DNA of 64,000 bases from Candidatus Krumholzibacteriota bacterium (lineage in GTDB: Bacteria > Krumholzibacteriota > Krumholzibacteriia > JAJRXK01): positions 416,001 to 480,000 of the forward strand of contig CAVXTH010000009.1 in assembly GCA_963764625.1 (NCBI GenBank), read 5' to 3'. The notes beneath the pieces are model-generated. The model was not told where the DNA came from and made no database searches. It was given only the letters and a program-made list of their open reading frames with translations. Position 1 is the stretch's first letter. Each line of letters starts with the position of its first letter. A program made the position numbers and the translations under genes. Below are positions 32,265 to 42,363 of the stretch, piece by piece.

Positions 32265-32987
32265 TCAGAAGGGCAGGAAGAAGCCCTTTTCACGCAAGTG
32301 GAGAAAATCGACGTCTTTGAACCGGTAGAGCTCGGCCGGACGTCCCGGACCCTCCGCGCGCTTTTCTCCCACTGGCTCGACCAGATCCAGGAGCTTCAAC
32401 CGACGGCGGAAATTTCGTTTGTCCAAGGAACGATGGAGCACGATCTCGTAACTCGACTGCAGTTCCTTGAGGGTGAAGGTGGCGGGCATCAGCTGAAATC
32501 CCAGAGTGGTGTACTCCAGCTTCGTGCGAACCCTGGCCAGCGCCGTGTCCAACATCTCACGGTGGTCGAAGGCCATGGCGGGCAAATCATCGACCGAGAA
32601 CCAGCGGGCTTCCGCTTCGAGCCGATGCAGGGTGAGAGGGCAGAGATCCGCCGCCACCAGGGCCACGTAGGCCACGCTCACCACCCGGCCGCGGGTGTCC
32701 CGCTCGGGTTCGCCGAAGGTGTAGAGCTGTTCCAGGTAGACGTCGTGCACTCCGGTGGCCTCCTGCAATTCGCGCCGGGCCGCCGACTCGAGGCTCTCCT
32801 CGCAGCGCACGAAACCGCCGGGCAGCGCCCAGAGACCGGCGAAGGGTTCGTCGAGACGCTTCACCAGCACGAGCTTCAACTCGCCCTCCAGCACGGTGAG
32901 GATGACCGTGTCCACCGTGAGGGGGAAGGAGGGGAGCCGGCGCGCCGGGGGCAGCTCCCGTTGAGGTATGGGGGCTTTGGTCAGCAT
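32265..32987 (-). CDS. nrtR: NrtR-family Nudix/wHTH transcriptional regulator
   Basis: Nudix segment WALPGGFV...AARREL, EQLYTF, MAFDH and wHTH LDKRNFRR...GRPAELY; lies upstream of nadA. Confidence 0.9.
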   Translation of the reverse strand: MLTKAPIPQRELPPARRLPSFPLTVDTVILTVLEGELKLVLVKRLDEPFAGLWALPGGFVRCEESLESAARRELQEATGVHDVYLEQLYTFGEPERDTRGRVVSVAYVALVAADLCPLTLHRLEAEARWFSVDDLPAMAFDHREMLDTALARVRTKLEYTTLGFQLMPATFTLKELQSSYEIVLHRSLDKRNFRRRLKLLDLVEPVGEKRAEGPGRPAELYRFKDVDFLHLREKGFFLPF

Positions 32988-33001
32988 GACACCCACTAAA
33001 T

Positions 33002-33018
33002 AGTGTTCGAATGACACT
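33002..33018. promoter_or_regulatory. Putative NrtR operator
   Basis: Palindrome AGTGT-TCGAATG-ACACT, matching the GT-N7-AC core of NrtR boxes, 15 bp upstream of the nrtR ATG. Confidence 0.8.
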
Positions 33019-33179
33019 TATGCAAGCCCACGGGCCGCGGCTGCCCGGGAGGCGGCTGGCGGTCCGCGCGAATCCGCCGGATCTTGAGCCTCGCCGAGTC
33101 GTCCCCTGGCGGCACCCCTTCTGCGCCGTCGGATTCGGTTCTCCCCTCGCGCGAGGCAAGCCAAGGACAGGTGAATTTG

Positions 33180-33770
33180 ATGATGAGGAAGATCACGGGC
33201 ATTCTGGCGGTAGCGCTCACGCTGCTCGGCGCCACGCTCGCCCAGGCGGCGCAGTGGAAAGTGGATACGAACCACTCGATCCTGAGCTTCAAGGTGCGCC
33301 ATCTCTTTTCGAAAGTGGATGGACGCTTCGACGATTGGTCCGCCTCCCTGAACTTCGATCCGGATCGAATCGAAGAGGGTGGTGTCACGGTCGAGATTCA
33401 AGCCGCGAGCGTCACCACCGACAACGATCGGCGTGACGCCGATCTGCGCTCACCCAATTTTTTCGATGTGGAGAAGTACCCGACCTTGAGCTTCAAGAGC
33501 GACAAGATCACCAAGGAAGGGGACGGGTACATCCTCTATGGTGCTCTCTCCATGCACGGGGTCACCAAGGAGGTCTCGTTTCCCTTTGAATTCAACGGTT
33601 CGGGGAGCGATCCGGGCGGGAACACTCGCGCCGGATTCAGTGCCAGACTCAGCTTGAACCGCAAGGACTACGGCATGGTGTGGAATCGGGCTCTCGACTC
33701 GGGCGGAATGCTCCTCGGTGACGACGTCGACATCGACATCTCCATCGAGGCGGTGGAAAGCAAGGACTGA
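33180..33770 (+). CDS. YceI family periplasmic lipid/isoprenoid-binding protein
   Basis: Signal peptide; W.VD..HS..F.VRH, RDADLRS..FFD..KYP and LSMHGVTK. Confidence 0.92.
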   Translation: MMRKITGILAVALTLLGATLAQAAQWKVDTNHSILSFKVRHLFSKVDGRFDDWSASLNFDPDRIEEGGVTVEIQAASVTTDNDRRDADLRSPNFFDVEKYPTLSFKSDKITKEGDGYILYGALSMHGVTKEVSFPFEFNGSGSDPGGNTRAGFSARLSLNRKDYGMVWNRALDSGGMLLGDDVDIDISIEAVESKD

Positions 33771-33797
33771 GCGACCGCGGCCTGAGCCACGGGACGC

Positions 33798-34967
33798 TCA
33801 GCGGTAGCCGACCGCCACGTACCCGACCCAGTGGTGCAGGTTGTTGGGAGCCGTCGCGCCCAAGCCCAAGATCTCATCCAGGTCGAGGGAAGTCTCCGCC
33901 ACGCTCGTTCCGTAGTCGAGCAGGGTGCCGGAAAGGGTTTTCGAATCGAGGGTTTCGCTCACGCGCGAAGCCACGTCCAACCCGAAGGGCACCGAGAAGC
34001 GGCCACACCAAGTGAGCTTGTACTGCGTCACATCCTTGTCATCGACGAGGGTGTACAGGAACTCCTTTAGTCTCTTGCGCTGAATCGGGCCCGTCAGCTC
34101 AGCTTCGGCAAGAGAGCGGTCGCGATCGACCGCTTTCGCGTAGCCATCGATGTCGGTTCCGAAGCTAGCGAAGTTGTTCCCGCCCCAGCCTGAATCACCG
34201 TAATGCACTGCGTCGGAGGATGCGATGATCGCTACGTCCTTTCCCAGAGTCCAGCCCTTCTCCTTCATGATCTGCGACAGGGCGTCGCTGACCGATTTGG
34301 AGATGCGGTCGAGAGTCTTCCAATCCATGTAGGGGACGAGAATCGGAACGATCTCGACCTGGTGGTCGACCGCCTGCAACCAGGGGACGATTCCCTCCAC
34401 GGAGTGCTCGACAGTGTGCATGTCGTTGTTCACGATGAAATCGCCTGCGGGCAGACGTGACATCAGATCTTCACGAACTGGCGAAACGCTCACCGGACCG
34501 TAGGGTCCCCGCCAGGCCTTGAAGGAATCGAAGACCAGTTGGTCACGGCAATTGAAGACACTTGCCTTGTGGAAGACCCCAAACAGGATGACGGTCTTGG
34601 CGCGAATGTGGGGAGCGAGCAGCGCGTAGAGGCGACTTGCATAGTAGTAGTCGTCGTGGGGGCAGACTCCGGCGGCGAACGGAGTGTCGGGATCCCAGCC
34701 GGTCTCGTTCTTGATCTGCAATGCGCGCGGGGCTGACAGCGCTTGGCTTTGCGTGAGGACCGAGTCCATCTGCTCCGCGGTAGTGGCATACCCCAGGTCG
34801 TCCGCGAGACCGCGCAGCTCGTCGGTGGGCTGCACCGGAACCTTGGCCAGCAGATCCTTGGGACCCACCGCCCTTGTGGGCGGGGTCATCATCCGGGACC
34901 CGATGGGAAGGGACGAAAGAAAGAAAAGGAAGGGCAGAAGAGCGAATGTTCGCCGCGCTGAACTCAT
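33798..34967 (-). CDS. MEMO1 / AmmeMemoRadiSam protein B-like protein with N-terminal hydrophobic leader
   Basis: CPHDDY, FGVFH, EHSVE, SSDAVHYG, TWCG and VGYVA. Confidence 0.75.
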   Translation of the reverse strand: MSSARRTFALLPFLFFLSSLPIGSRMMTPPTRAVGPKDLLAKVPVQPTDELRGLADDLGYATTAEQMDSVLTQSQALSAPRALQIKNETGWDPDTPFAAGVCPHDDYYYASRLYALLAPHIRAKTVILFGVFHKASVFNCRDQLVFDSFKAWRGPYGPVSVSPVREDLMSRLPAGDFIVNNDMHTVEHSVEGIVPWLQAVDHQVEIVPILVPYMDWKTLDRISKSVSDALSQIMKEKGWTLGKDVAIIASSDAVHYGDSGWGGNNFASFGTDIDGYAKAVDRDRSLAEAELTGPIQRKRLKEFLYTLVDDKDVTQYKLTWCGRFSVPFGLDVASRVSETLDSKTLSGTLLDYGTSVAETSLDLDEILGLGATAPNNLHHWVGYVAVGYR

Positions 34968-35114
34968 GGGATTCTAGCCTCCTCGAACTCCGACTCCGCA
35001 AGAACTTGAAGCTATCCCGTAAGATAGTACCTTCTATCGAATCCCTCAACGGGTCCGGACGAAGGCGATGCTGCATTCAGCCGACGAGCCCGATTCTCTC
35101 GAAAGGATCCACGG

Positions 35115-36032
35115 ATGCACTTCATCAACAACCTCATCGGTGGCGTGAGTTGGGATATTGTGATCCTCGGCGGCCTGCGGATTTTGCTCATTCTGGTGAT
35201 GTTCTGGGTCGCAATGAGCGTGGTCAAGATGGGTCTCAAGCGCCTGGAAGAGAACCTGGTGCGTCGCGGCAAGGAATCCGGAGACATCGCCAACGAGGCG
35301 GAGAAGCGCGCGGAAACCCTGGTGCGGCTTCTGCGTCAGGCTGTGATCATCATGATGTGGGTGATGGCTGTTCTGGTGATCCTGCGCCAATTCGGGGTGG
35401 AGATCGGCCCCATCCTGGCGAGCGCCGGGGTGGCTGGAGTCGCGATCGGTTTCGGCGCCCAGAATCTGGTGCGCGACATCATCGCCGGTTTCTTCATGAT
35501 CCTGGAGAACCAGGTCCGCGTGGGGGACGTGGCCATCCTCAATGGAACCGGCGGGCTGGTGGAGCAGATCAATTTTCGCACCATCGTCCTGCGCGACCTT
35601 TCCGGCACCGTGCACGTGTTTCCCAACGGCACGGTGACCACGATGTCCAACCTCACCCGCGAGTGGTCCGCATACGTCTTCGACCTCGGCGTCGCATACA
35701 AGGAGGACGTCGATCAGGTGATCGAGTTGATCAAACAGGTCGGGGCCGAGCTGCGCAAGGATCCCGAATTCGGGAAATTGATGGTCGATGACATCGAGGT
35801 GTTCGGGGTGGATAACTTCGCTGACTCCGCGGTGGTCATCAAGGGCCGTCTGCGCACGCGCCCGATCAAGCAGTGGGCCGTCGGCCGCGAGTTCCGCCGC
35901 CGCATCAAGCACGCTTTCGACGAGGCGGGCGTCGAGATCCCGTTCCCACATCGCTCGATCTACTTCGGCGAGGCGAGCGAGCCCATCCTGGCGAAGCTGG
36001 TGAATGCACGCTCCGAGGCCAAGACCGAGTGA
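35115..36032 (+). CDS. Small-conductance mechanosensitive channel (MscS family)
   Basis: AGVAGVAIGFGAQNLVRD, VGD...G.VE and PNG motifs. Confidence 0.92.
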   Translation: MHFINNLIGGVSWDIVILGGLRILLILVMFWVAMSVVKMGLKRLEENLVRRGKESGDIANEAEKRAETLVRLLRQAVIIMMWVMAVLVILRQFGVEIGPILASAGVAGVAIGFGAQNLVRDIIAGFFMILENQVRVGDVAILNGTGGLVEQINFRTIVLRDLSGTVHVFPNGTVTTMSNLTREWSAYVFDLGVAYKEDVDQVIELIKQVGAELRKDPEFGKLMVDDIEVFGVDNFADSAVVIKGRLRTRPIKQWAVGREFRRRIKHAFDEAGVEIPFPHRSIYFGEASEPILAKLVNARSEAKTE

Positions 36033-36036
36033 GCCC

Positions 36037-36729
36037 TCAGCCCGGGCCTTTCCGCTGCTGTGGATTCCACACCGCGATGGCGTCGAGACCTTTGCGCTGA
36101 AGATCGGGGACTTCACAGCCGGCGGCCGGGTAACCCACCGGAAACAGGATGTAGGGTTTCTCGTTGCGGGGCCGGCCCAGGATCTCGCTCAGAAAGCCCA
36201 TCGGGCTGGGGGTGTGGGTGAGGGTGGCGAGCCCCATCCGGTGCAGCGCGGTGATGAAGAGCCCGCAGGCCAGACCCACGCTCTCGCTCACGTAGTAGTT
36301 CTTGCACTTCTGGCCGTCCGGGGAGAGCGAATAGCTCTCGGCGAAGACCACCACCAGCCAGGGGACCACCTCCAGGTAGGGTTTCTGCCAGTCGGTGCCC
36401 AAGGGCTGCACGGCCTCGATCCACTCTTTGGGCATGCGCCCCTGCTCATACGAAGCGTACTCCTCTCGTTCGGCCGCCAGGCGGATTTCGCGCTGTAGCC
36501 GGGGATCGTCGATCGCGACGAACTTCCAGGGTTGGCGATGGGCTCCACTGGGGGCGGTGGAGGCGGTACGGATGGCCAATTCGATCATCTCACGCGGGAC
36601 CGGATCGTCGCTGAAGTGCCGAACACTGCGCCGTCGGTCCATTTCGTCAAAGAAGGCGTGCCCTCTGCGCAGGGCTTCCTCGAGCTCGAGCCGCTTGGGG
36701 CGATAGGGCAGAAAGCCGGGTCGGTTCAC
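36037..36729 (-). CDS. Nitroreductase family, iodotyrosine deiodinase-like
   Basis: RRSVRHFS, TAPSGAHRQPW, AAEREE, LGTDWQKPYLE, ESVGLACG and LTHTPSPM. Start uncertain (GTG 36729 or ATG 36768). Confidence 0.85.
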   Translation of the reverse strand: MNRPGFLPYRPKRLELEEALRRGHAFFDEMDRRRSVRHFSDDPVPREMIELAIRTASTAPSGAHRQPWKFVAIDDPRLQREIRLAAEREEYASYEQGRMPKEWIEAVQPLGTDWQKPYLEVVPWLVVVFAESYSLSPDGQKCKNYYVSESVGLACGLFITALHRMGLATLTHTPSPMGFLSEILGRPRNEKPYILFPVGYPAAGCEVPDLQRKGLDAIAVWNPQQRKGPG

Positions 36730-36854
36730 GGACGGGTCCCCCTTGGCTGGTGCTCTGACGGGTCGCATCACCTTACTCCCAGCTGCGACTGCGGACCAAG
36801 CCTCCAGCCAGCTCGGGGGCCGGGCCGAAAGTTCGGGATTTTTTCCGCAACCCA

Positions 36855-36879
36855 GGTGTATTATGCTCCGTAATACACC
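36855..36879. promoter_or_regulatory. Putative GntR (YtrA subfamily) operator
   Basis: Perfect 9-bp inverted repeat GGTGTATTA-N7-TAATACACC, one base before the GntR ATG. Confidence 0.8.
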
Positions 36880-36880
36880 C

Positions 36881-37282
36881 ATGTTCGCCGACCTCACCTT
36901 CGCCTTTCTCCTCGATCCCAATTCGGGGAACCCGCTGTACCGGCAGCTAATGGACCATTTGCGCCTCGAACTCTTCGCTGGGCGCCTACAACCGGGAACC
37001 ATGCTGCCTTCGGTGCGCCAACTGGCCCGCGAGCTCTCGATCAACCCCATGACCGTCTCCAAGGCCTACTCCCGCCTGCACGAGGAGGGAGCGTTGGAGC
37101 GCGTCCCCGGACTGGGCATGCGCGTCCCGCAGGACTCGGACCGCGGCCTCCAGGAACGCTTGCGCCGGGAGCTGCTACCCCGGCTCCAGGAAGTGGTGGA
37201 GCTGGCCGGAAAGGCCGGCCTCTCGCGTTCCCAGCTCTTGAGCCTCATCGAACCCCTGCTGGAGGATCTGAACCATGAGTGA
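36881..37282 (+). CDS. GntR family regulator (YtrA subfamily)
   Basis: PLYRQL, LPSVRQLA..L.INPMTVSKAY; short C-terminus; precedes an ABC ATPase. Confidence 0.9.
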   Translation: MFADLTFAFLLDPNSGNPLYRQLMDHLRLELFAGRLQPGTMLPSVRQLARELSINPMTVSKAYSRLHEEGALERVPGLGMRVPQDSDRGLQERLRRELLPRLQEVVELAGKAGLSRSQLLSLIEPLLEDLNHE

Positions 37283-38156
37283 AATCGTTCTTTTGGCGCA
37301 CGAGGTGGAGAAGCGCTTCGGCGAGAGACGCGTGCTCAACGGAGTGGACTGGGAGGTTCCCCGCGGCTCGATCGTCGGTCTCTTGGGACGCAACGCGGCC
37401 GGCAAGACCACACTTCTCAAGTTGGTGTTGGGACTCTTGCGTGCCGACCACGGTCAGATCGAACTGTTGGGCGAGGATCCCTGGGAATTCTCCGATGCGA
37501 CCAAGGCGAGGATCGGGTACGTGCCCCAGGAGTATCACCCCTATCCCTGGATGACGCCGCGGGAAGTGCTCGATTACATCGCCGCGTTCTATCCCCACTG
37601 GGACGCCCTGCTGATCGACGAGTTGATCCACCGCTGGCAGTTGGACACCGATCAACCGACCAAGGACCTCTCGGTGGGACAGCGGCAGAAACTCGGTTTG
37701 CTCGCGGCTCTGGGCAATCGCCCCGAGCTCTTGATTCTGGACGAGCCGGCCGCGAGTTTGGATCCGGCGGCACGACGCGCCTTCCTCGAGTTGATTCTGG
37801 AAGTGGTGAGTGAGGGCGAGCGCACCGTCATCTTCTCGACCCACATCCTCAGTGATCTCGAGCGCGTCGCCGATCGTGTCGCCATCCTTCGCGATGGGCG
37901 CATCGTCTACGACGATGAACTCGATTCTCTCAAAGACCGGGTCAAGAGAATGCGGATCATCGCTTCCTCCGATCTACCGCGCGATCTCGGTATCCCCGGA
38001 CTCTTGCAGTCCAAAGTGCGCGGGCGCGAGGCGGTGATCAGTGTGATCTGCGAGAACGGCTCTTTGGCCAAGGAACTGGAGCGGCGCTTCGCCGCACAGG
38101 TTCAGGTTCAAGAACTGAATCTGGAGGACATCTTCCTGGAGATGAGCCATGAGTAA
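37275..38156 (+). CDS. ABC transporter ATP-binding protein
   Basis: Walker A GRNAAGKTT, signature LSVGQRQK, Walker B LILDEP and STH. Confidence 0.93.
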   Translation: MSEIVLLAHEVEKRFGERRVLNGVDWEVPRGSIVGLLGRNAAGKTTLLKLVLGLLRADHGQIELLGEDPWEFSDATKARIGYVPQEYHPYPWMTPREVLDYIAAFYPHWDALLIDELIHRWQLDTDQPTKDLSVGQRQKLGLLAALGNRPELLILDEPAASLDPAARRAFLELILEVVSEGERTVIFSTHILSDLERVADRVAILRDGRIVYDDELDSLKDRVKRMRIIASSDLPRDLGIPGLLQSKVRGREAVISVICENGSLAKELERRFAAQVQVQELNLEDIFLEMSHE

Positions 38157-39558
38157 CGCCCATACCGCGGCTCTTCGCGACTACGCGCGACGCGTCCGTT
38201 TTCCTCTGGCGCTCCTCCTTTCGTTCGTGCTCTTGACGATCGTGGGGGAGGGCCACCTGAAAGGCAAGGAGTGGGCGGGCCAAACCGGCTTTCTGATCAC
38301 CGGCATGCTGCTCATGATGTGGACGGGGCTGGTGAGTGGACACCTGAAGCAGGTTCTGGCGCGTCCCGAAGGGCAGGCTCGTGCCCCGCTTCGCACCGGT
38401 TCAGCTCGGGGTGGCGCTGCTGCTCGTTCTCCCCGCGCTTCTGCTCGCGATCGGTGGATCTCTCCTCGCCGGGCTCAGTCTCGTCGCTTCGCTCGCGCTC
38501 TCACTCTTCATCTTCAGTGTCTACTGGAGCTGGCCCTACTTCGTTGAGCACGGGAACACCCTCATGCTCTTAGGTCCCTCGCTGGTGTTCTGGGTCTCAC
38601 TGCTCACCGACCTTCACAGCCCGCGGACCTGGAACGCCTGGATCGAGTTCTGCGGAAACTTTCAGAGCGGGTGGCTGGTGGCCATCGTCGTCTCGCTCGT
38701 GCTCACCGTGTTCACGGTGCGCCGGATGTTGCATCTGAGCGAGAGCAATTTCGAATACCATCACGACCCCTCGATCTGCTGGCGCGGCGGCTCGAGCCCC
38801 GATTCCGGTACGCCGTTCATCGGCTTCTTCGTTCATCTCCTGCCCTGGCTGGGCCGATACTCGTTGAGGCCACGCCTCAGCGTGTACCGCTCGGGGGCCT
38901 TGCGGCGTATCGCACACTGGCGAAGGGGCATGGGGCCCCGCTCTCCCCTGGTGAGTGGGCTGGCCATGGCGGTGCTTGATGGCCCTGATGGGAGCGTTCT
39001 TTCTGGCGTACCACGAGAGGCATGGGCATGCGGAAACCGGGCTGATGTTCGTCTACTTGGTCATGCTCCCCTTCAGCCGCTATGGACACACGCATCGGCG
39101 GCGTGCCCGCGTGGAACGCGAAGCTCTCTTTCCCGTCGCCCGCGCGCAGCTGGTACGTGAGCTGGGAATGGCTTCGGCACTCGACATTTTGGCAAGCTGG
39201 TTCTGTCTCTGTCTCGCAACCCTGGCGCTGCGGACGGTCGGCCTCTTTGGCACCGTGTCCTGGGGATCGATTCCGTACCTCATGTCGCTCTCTCTGGGCA
39301 CCACTCTGTTGGGGATTGGAATCTCTCCGTGGTTTCTCCGACTCAACGGCGACAAGCTACCCTCGTTGCTCTTGAGTTTTCTCGTGCTCATCGTGGGCGT
39401 GTGCGCCGTTCTCCCCTTGCGGTCGTCGGTGGGTTACCGCGCGTGGGAGGCCTGGCTCTCGGTGGTTCTCGTGCTCTCGGGCCTGGGAGTCCTCGGCAGC
39501 CTACCTGGGGTATCGGAGCTGGAGCGATCTCGAGCTGGGGCGCAGCGATCTGTGGTAG
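38149..39558 (+). CDS. ABC transporter permease, interrupted by three +1 frameshifts (~38372, ~38976, ~39496)
   Basis: Hydrophobic ORF pieces join into one multi-TM protein ending AAYLGYRSWSDLELGRSDLW* when one base is removed at each site. Confidence 0.65.
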
Positions 39559-39564
39559 AAGGCT

Positions 39565-40405
39565 TCAGCTCTTGAGGAAATAGGGAACGAAACTGACGAG
39601 CGAGAGCACGACGGAGAGAATCGATCCCAGCGCGAGGACCAGGGCGCAGGTCACCACCCCGATGCCTTCGCGGTGTTCGGCCTCGGGCAAGAAGAAGCGC
39701 GCAGTGAGATAGCCGAACCCGAAGCCACCGAGGTGGGCCAGGTTGTTCGTGCGCGAGCCCATGAATCCCAATACGAGTAGGAGCCCAGCCCACATCAGGG
39801 CCTGACGGGTGATCGCATCGCCCAGATGGCCTCCGTGGGCGCGTCCGTAGATCACGGTCGCGGCCAAGAAGTCCGAAGATTCCTCCCGATGCTCCGACGG
39901 TGGGAGCGCCACTGACGAGATCGGAGACGAGGAACCCGCCGATCGATGCCACCATGAAGATGACGAAGTAGCGGGCCGGACCGAAGCTGTCGTCGATGGT
40001 GGGACCGATGCTGCGAATCCATAACAGATTGAAGCCGATGTGCAACAGACCGCCGTGTAGGAAGGTCGCTGATAACATGGTGTACCAGTGACCATGGCTG
40101 GCGGCCGCGCCCGAGGTCATCCCCAACATGAGGAGCGATCGGCCCGAAGGCGAGAGCATGCCGAAGATCCCACCCTGCGAGGACAGCGCGGCCCTCGGGT
40201 CGAGCGCAAGAGAGATCAGATAGAGCAGAATGCAGAACCAGGTGATGCCCGCGGTGGGATCGATCGATTCCAAAAGATGCGAGAGCGTCGAGGCATAGCC
40301 GAACATTCCCGGCTGCCAGCGGCGGCAAAAGGGACACCGCTCTTCATTGACGTCGATGAGTTTGCCGCAGGACGGACAGACGATGGAACCGCTGGTTTGA
40401 CGCAT
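39565..40405 (-). CDS. Rhomboid intramembrane serine protease with N-terminal zinc ribbon, frameshift at ~39866
   Basis: CPSC..CPFC, FLHGGLLHIGFN, VGASGG, then in a shifted frame NLAHLGG. Confidence 0.85.
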
Positions 40406-40454
40406 GGAGCTTCAGGGCCTCGGCCGTAGGCTGCCGGGCGGTCGCACCCTTTCT

Positions 40455-41015
40455 CTAGAGGACGGCTTCGACCGAGCTGATCTCGGGAATGAAATGACGC
40501 AGCCGCGCCTCGATGCCCTGCTTGAGCGTCATGGTGGAGCTGGGGCAGCCGCCACATGCTCCCTGCATCTTCAAATAGACCACTCCCTCGCGATAGTCCA
40601 CGAAGACCACGTCGCCGCCATCCATTGCCACCGCGGGACGAATCTGGTCGTCGAGAATCTCTTTGATGCGACCGACGATGGCGCCCTCGCCTTTGGCGTG
40701 ATCGTCGTGCCCACCGGGAACCGCGGCTTCACCCGAGCGGAGGAAGTCACGAATGGCCTCGGAAACCCGTGGCGTCATCTCTTCCCACAAGCCCTCCGCG
40801 TTCGCAGTGACCGTGACCAGGTTTTGACTCACGAAGACTCCCTCGACGCCATCGACGTCGAAGACCCGCTTCGCCAGGGGGGAACGCAGCGCCGACTGGG
40901 GATCGCGAAAATCCGCGCTTCCGGTGGGCAGGAGAGTGCGTTCGGTGAGAAATTTCATGCTGCGGGGATTGGGAGTCCCCTGCACATGGATGGGGATCAG
41001 TGCCTCGGTACTCAT
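40455..41015 (-). CDS. NifU/Nfu-type Fe-S carrier
   Basis: TPNP.SMKF N-terminal domain; IRPAVAMDGGD and GACGGCPSS. Confidence 0.92.
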   Translation of the reverse strand: MSTEALIPIHVQGTPNPRSMKFLTERTLLPTGSADFRDPQSALRSPLAKRVFDVDGVEGVFVSQNLVTVTANAEGLWEEMTPRVSEAIRDFLRSGEAAVPGGHDDHAKGEGAIVGRIKEILDDQIRPAVAMDGGDVVFVDYREGVVYLKMQGACGGCPSSTMTLKQGIEARLRHFIPEISSVEAVL

Positions 41016-41075
41016 GACCTTCCTTTAGGACTCAGGGAATGTCACCCCGGGATCGCCCGGTTCGCATGTCTATAT

Positions 41076-42191
41076 CTAATGCGAAGCGGCCGGCTTGGCT
41101 TCCTCCGATTGCGGCCACGCCCACACTCCGGGGATTTCACGCCCGCAGCTGGGGCAGGTTCCTTCGTTCTGCTCGTCGATCGCGAGTGCTCGCAGTTCGA
41201 CCTCAAATCCACGGCGCTCCACCAGGGTGGTGCCGCAATCGGGACAGAACGTCGATTCTCGCGGGTCCTTCTTGCCCGCCAGGTTGCCCAGATAGACGTA
41301 GCGAAGCCCTTCCTCGCGGGCGATTTCCCAGGCGCGGCCCAGAAGAGCACTTGAGGTGGCGGCGCGGTCGTTCATGCGATAGTCGGGGTGAAACGCGGTT
41401 AGATGCCAGGGAATCTCCTGGTCGAGACCGGCCAAGAACCGCGCCATCTCGCGAATCTCTCTTTCGTCGTCGTTGAACTCGGGAACCAGCAGGGTCACCA
41501 CCTCGACCCAGTAGCCCATCTGCTTCACGCTCTCCAGAGTTCTCAGCACGGCCTTCAGAGTGCCTCCGAGCTGGCGGTAGTCGGCGTCGCGGAAGCTCTT
41601 GAGGTCGACCTTGAACAGATCGAGTCGAGGTCGCAAGAACTCGAGGACTTCAGGGGTAGCGTTCCCGTTGCTCACGAATCCGCAGAGCATCCCCGCCGCT
41701 TTGGCTTCGTCGAAGACCGCCGCCGCCCACTCCGCGGTGATCAGCGGTTCGTTGTAGGTGCTGACCACCACCCGGCTACCCGCGCGGCGGGCCGCTTCCA
41801 CGATCTCCTTGGGGGTGCACTCGTGAAAGGAGGCGACGGCGTTCTCATCCCGTAGGGTCTGCGAGCTGATCCAGTTCTGGCAGTATCCGCAGTGGAGATC
41901 GCAGCCGAGCATCCCGAAACTGAGCGCTGGTTCTCCGGGCAAGACGTGGTAGAAGGGTTTCTTTTCGATGGGATCGCGCGCGAGCGCGTGCACGTAGCCG
42001 AAGGGCACGCGTAGCTCACCTTCTTGCAGGAAGCGCACGCGGCACACGCCGCTGCGATCCTTCGACAGACGACAGCGGTGCCCGCAGGCCAGGCAGCGCA
42101 GTCGACCTTGGCCCAGGTCCTCCACCAGCGCCCCGGCGGCGCTCGCCGTGTGCTGGGAGAGGAGTTCCTCAAGACCGGAGTTTGGGCTCAT
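41076..42191 (-). CDS. amrS: AmmeMemoRadiSam-system radical SAM enzyme
   Basis: C..C.H.C...G.C.VR, DPIEKKPFYH, GCDLHCGYCQNW, TYNEP and C-terminal CPDCG/CPSCG. Confidence 0.9.
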   Translation of the reverse strand: MSPNSGLEELLSQHTASAAGALVEDLGQGRLRCLACGHRCRLSKDRSGVCRVRFLQEGELRVPFGYVHALARDPIEKKPFYHVLPGEPALSFGMLGCDLHCGYCQNWISSQTLRDENAVASFHECTPKEIVEAARRAGSRVVVSTYNEPLITAEWAAAVFDEAKAAGMLCGFVSNGNATPEVLEFLRPRLDLFKVDLKSFRDADYRQLGGTLKAVLRTLESVKQMGYWVEVVTLLVPEFNDDEREIREMARFLAGLDQEIPWHLTAFHPDYRMNDRAATSSALLGRAWEIAREEGLRYVYLGNLAGKKDPRESTFCPDCGTTLVERRGFEVELRALAIDEQNEGTCPSCGREIPGVWAWPQSEEAKPAASH

Positions 42192-42363
42192 CTTGCGCCT
42201 CCTGGCGCGGAATTCCGCGCACTGCGCCATGAAAGTCCAAAGCCTCGTCCCAAGCAAGGTTCTTGGCGAAGGCGCGGCAAGATCCATACTTGGGCTTTCA
42301 TCCCCGGCGGGATCGAAGCTACACTCATAGACCTCTCCCTAAGGGTTTTGGAGGCAGATTCGT

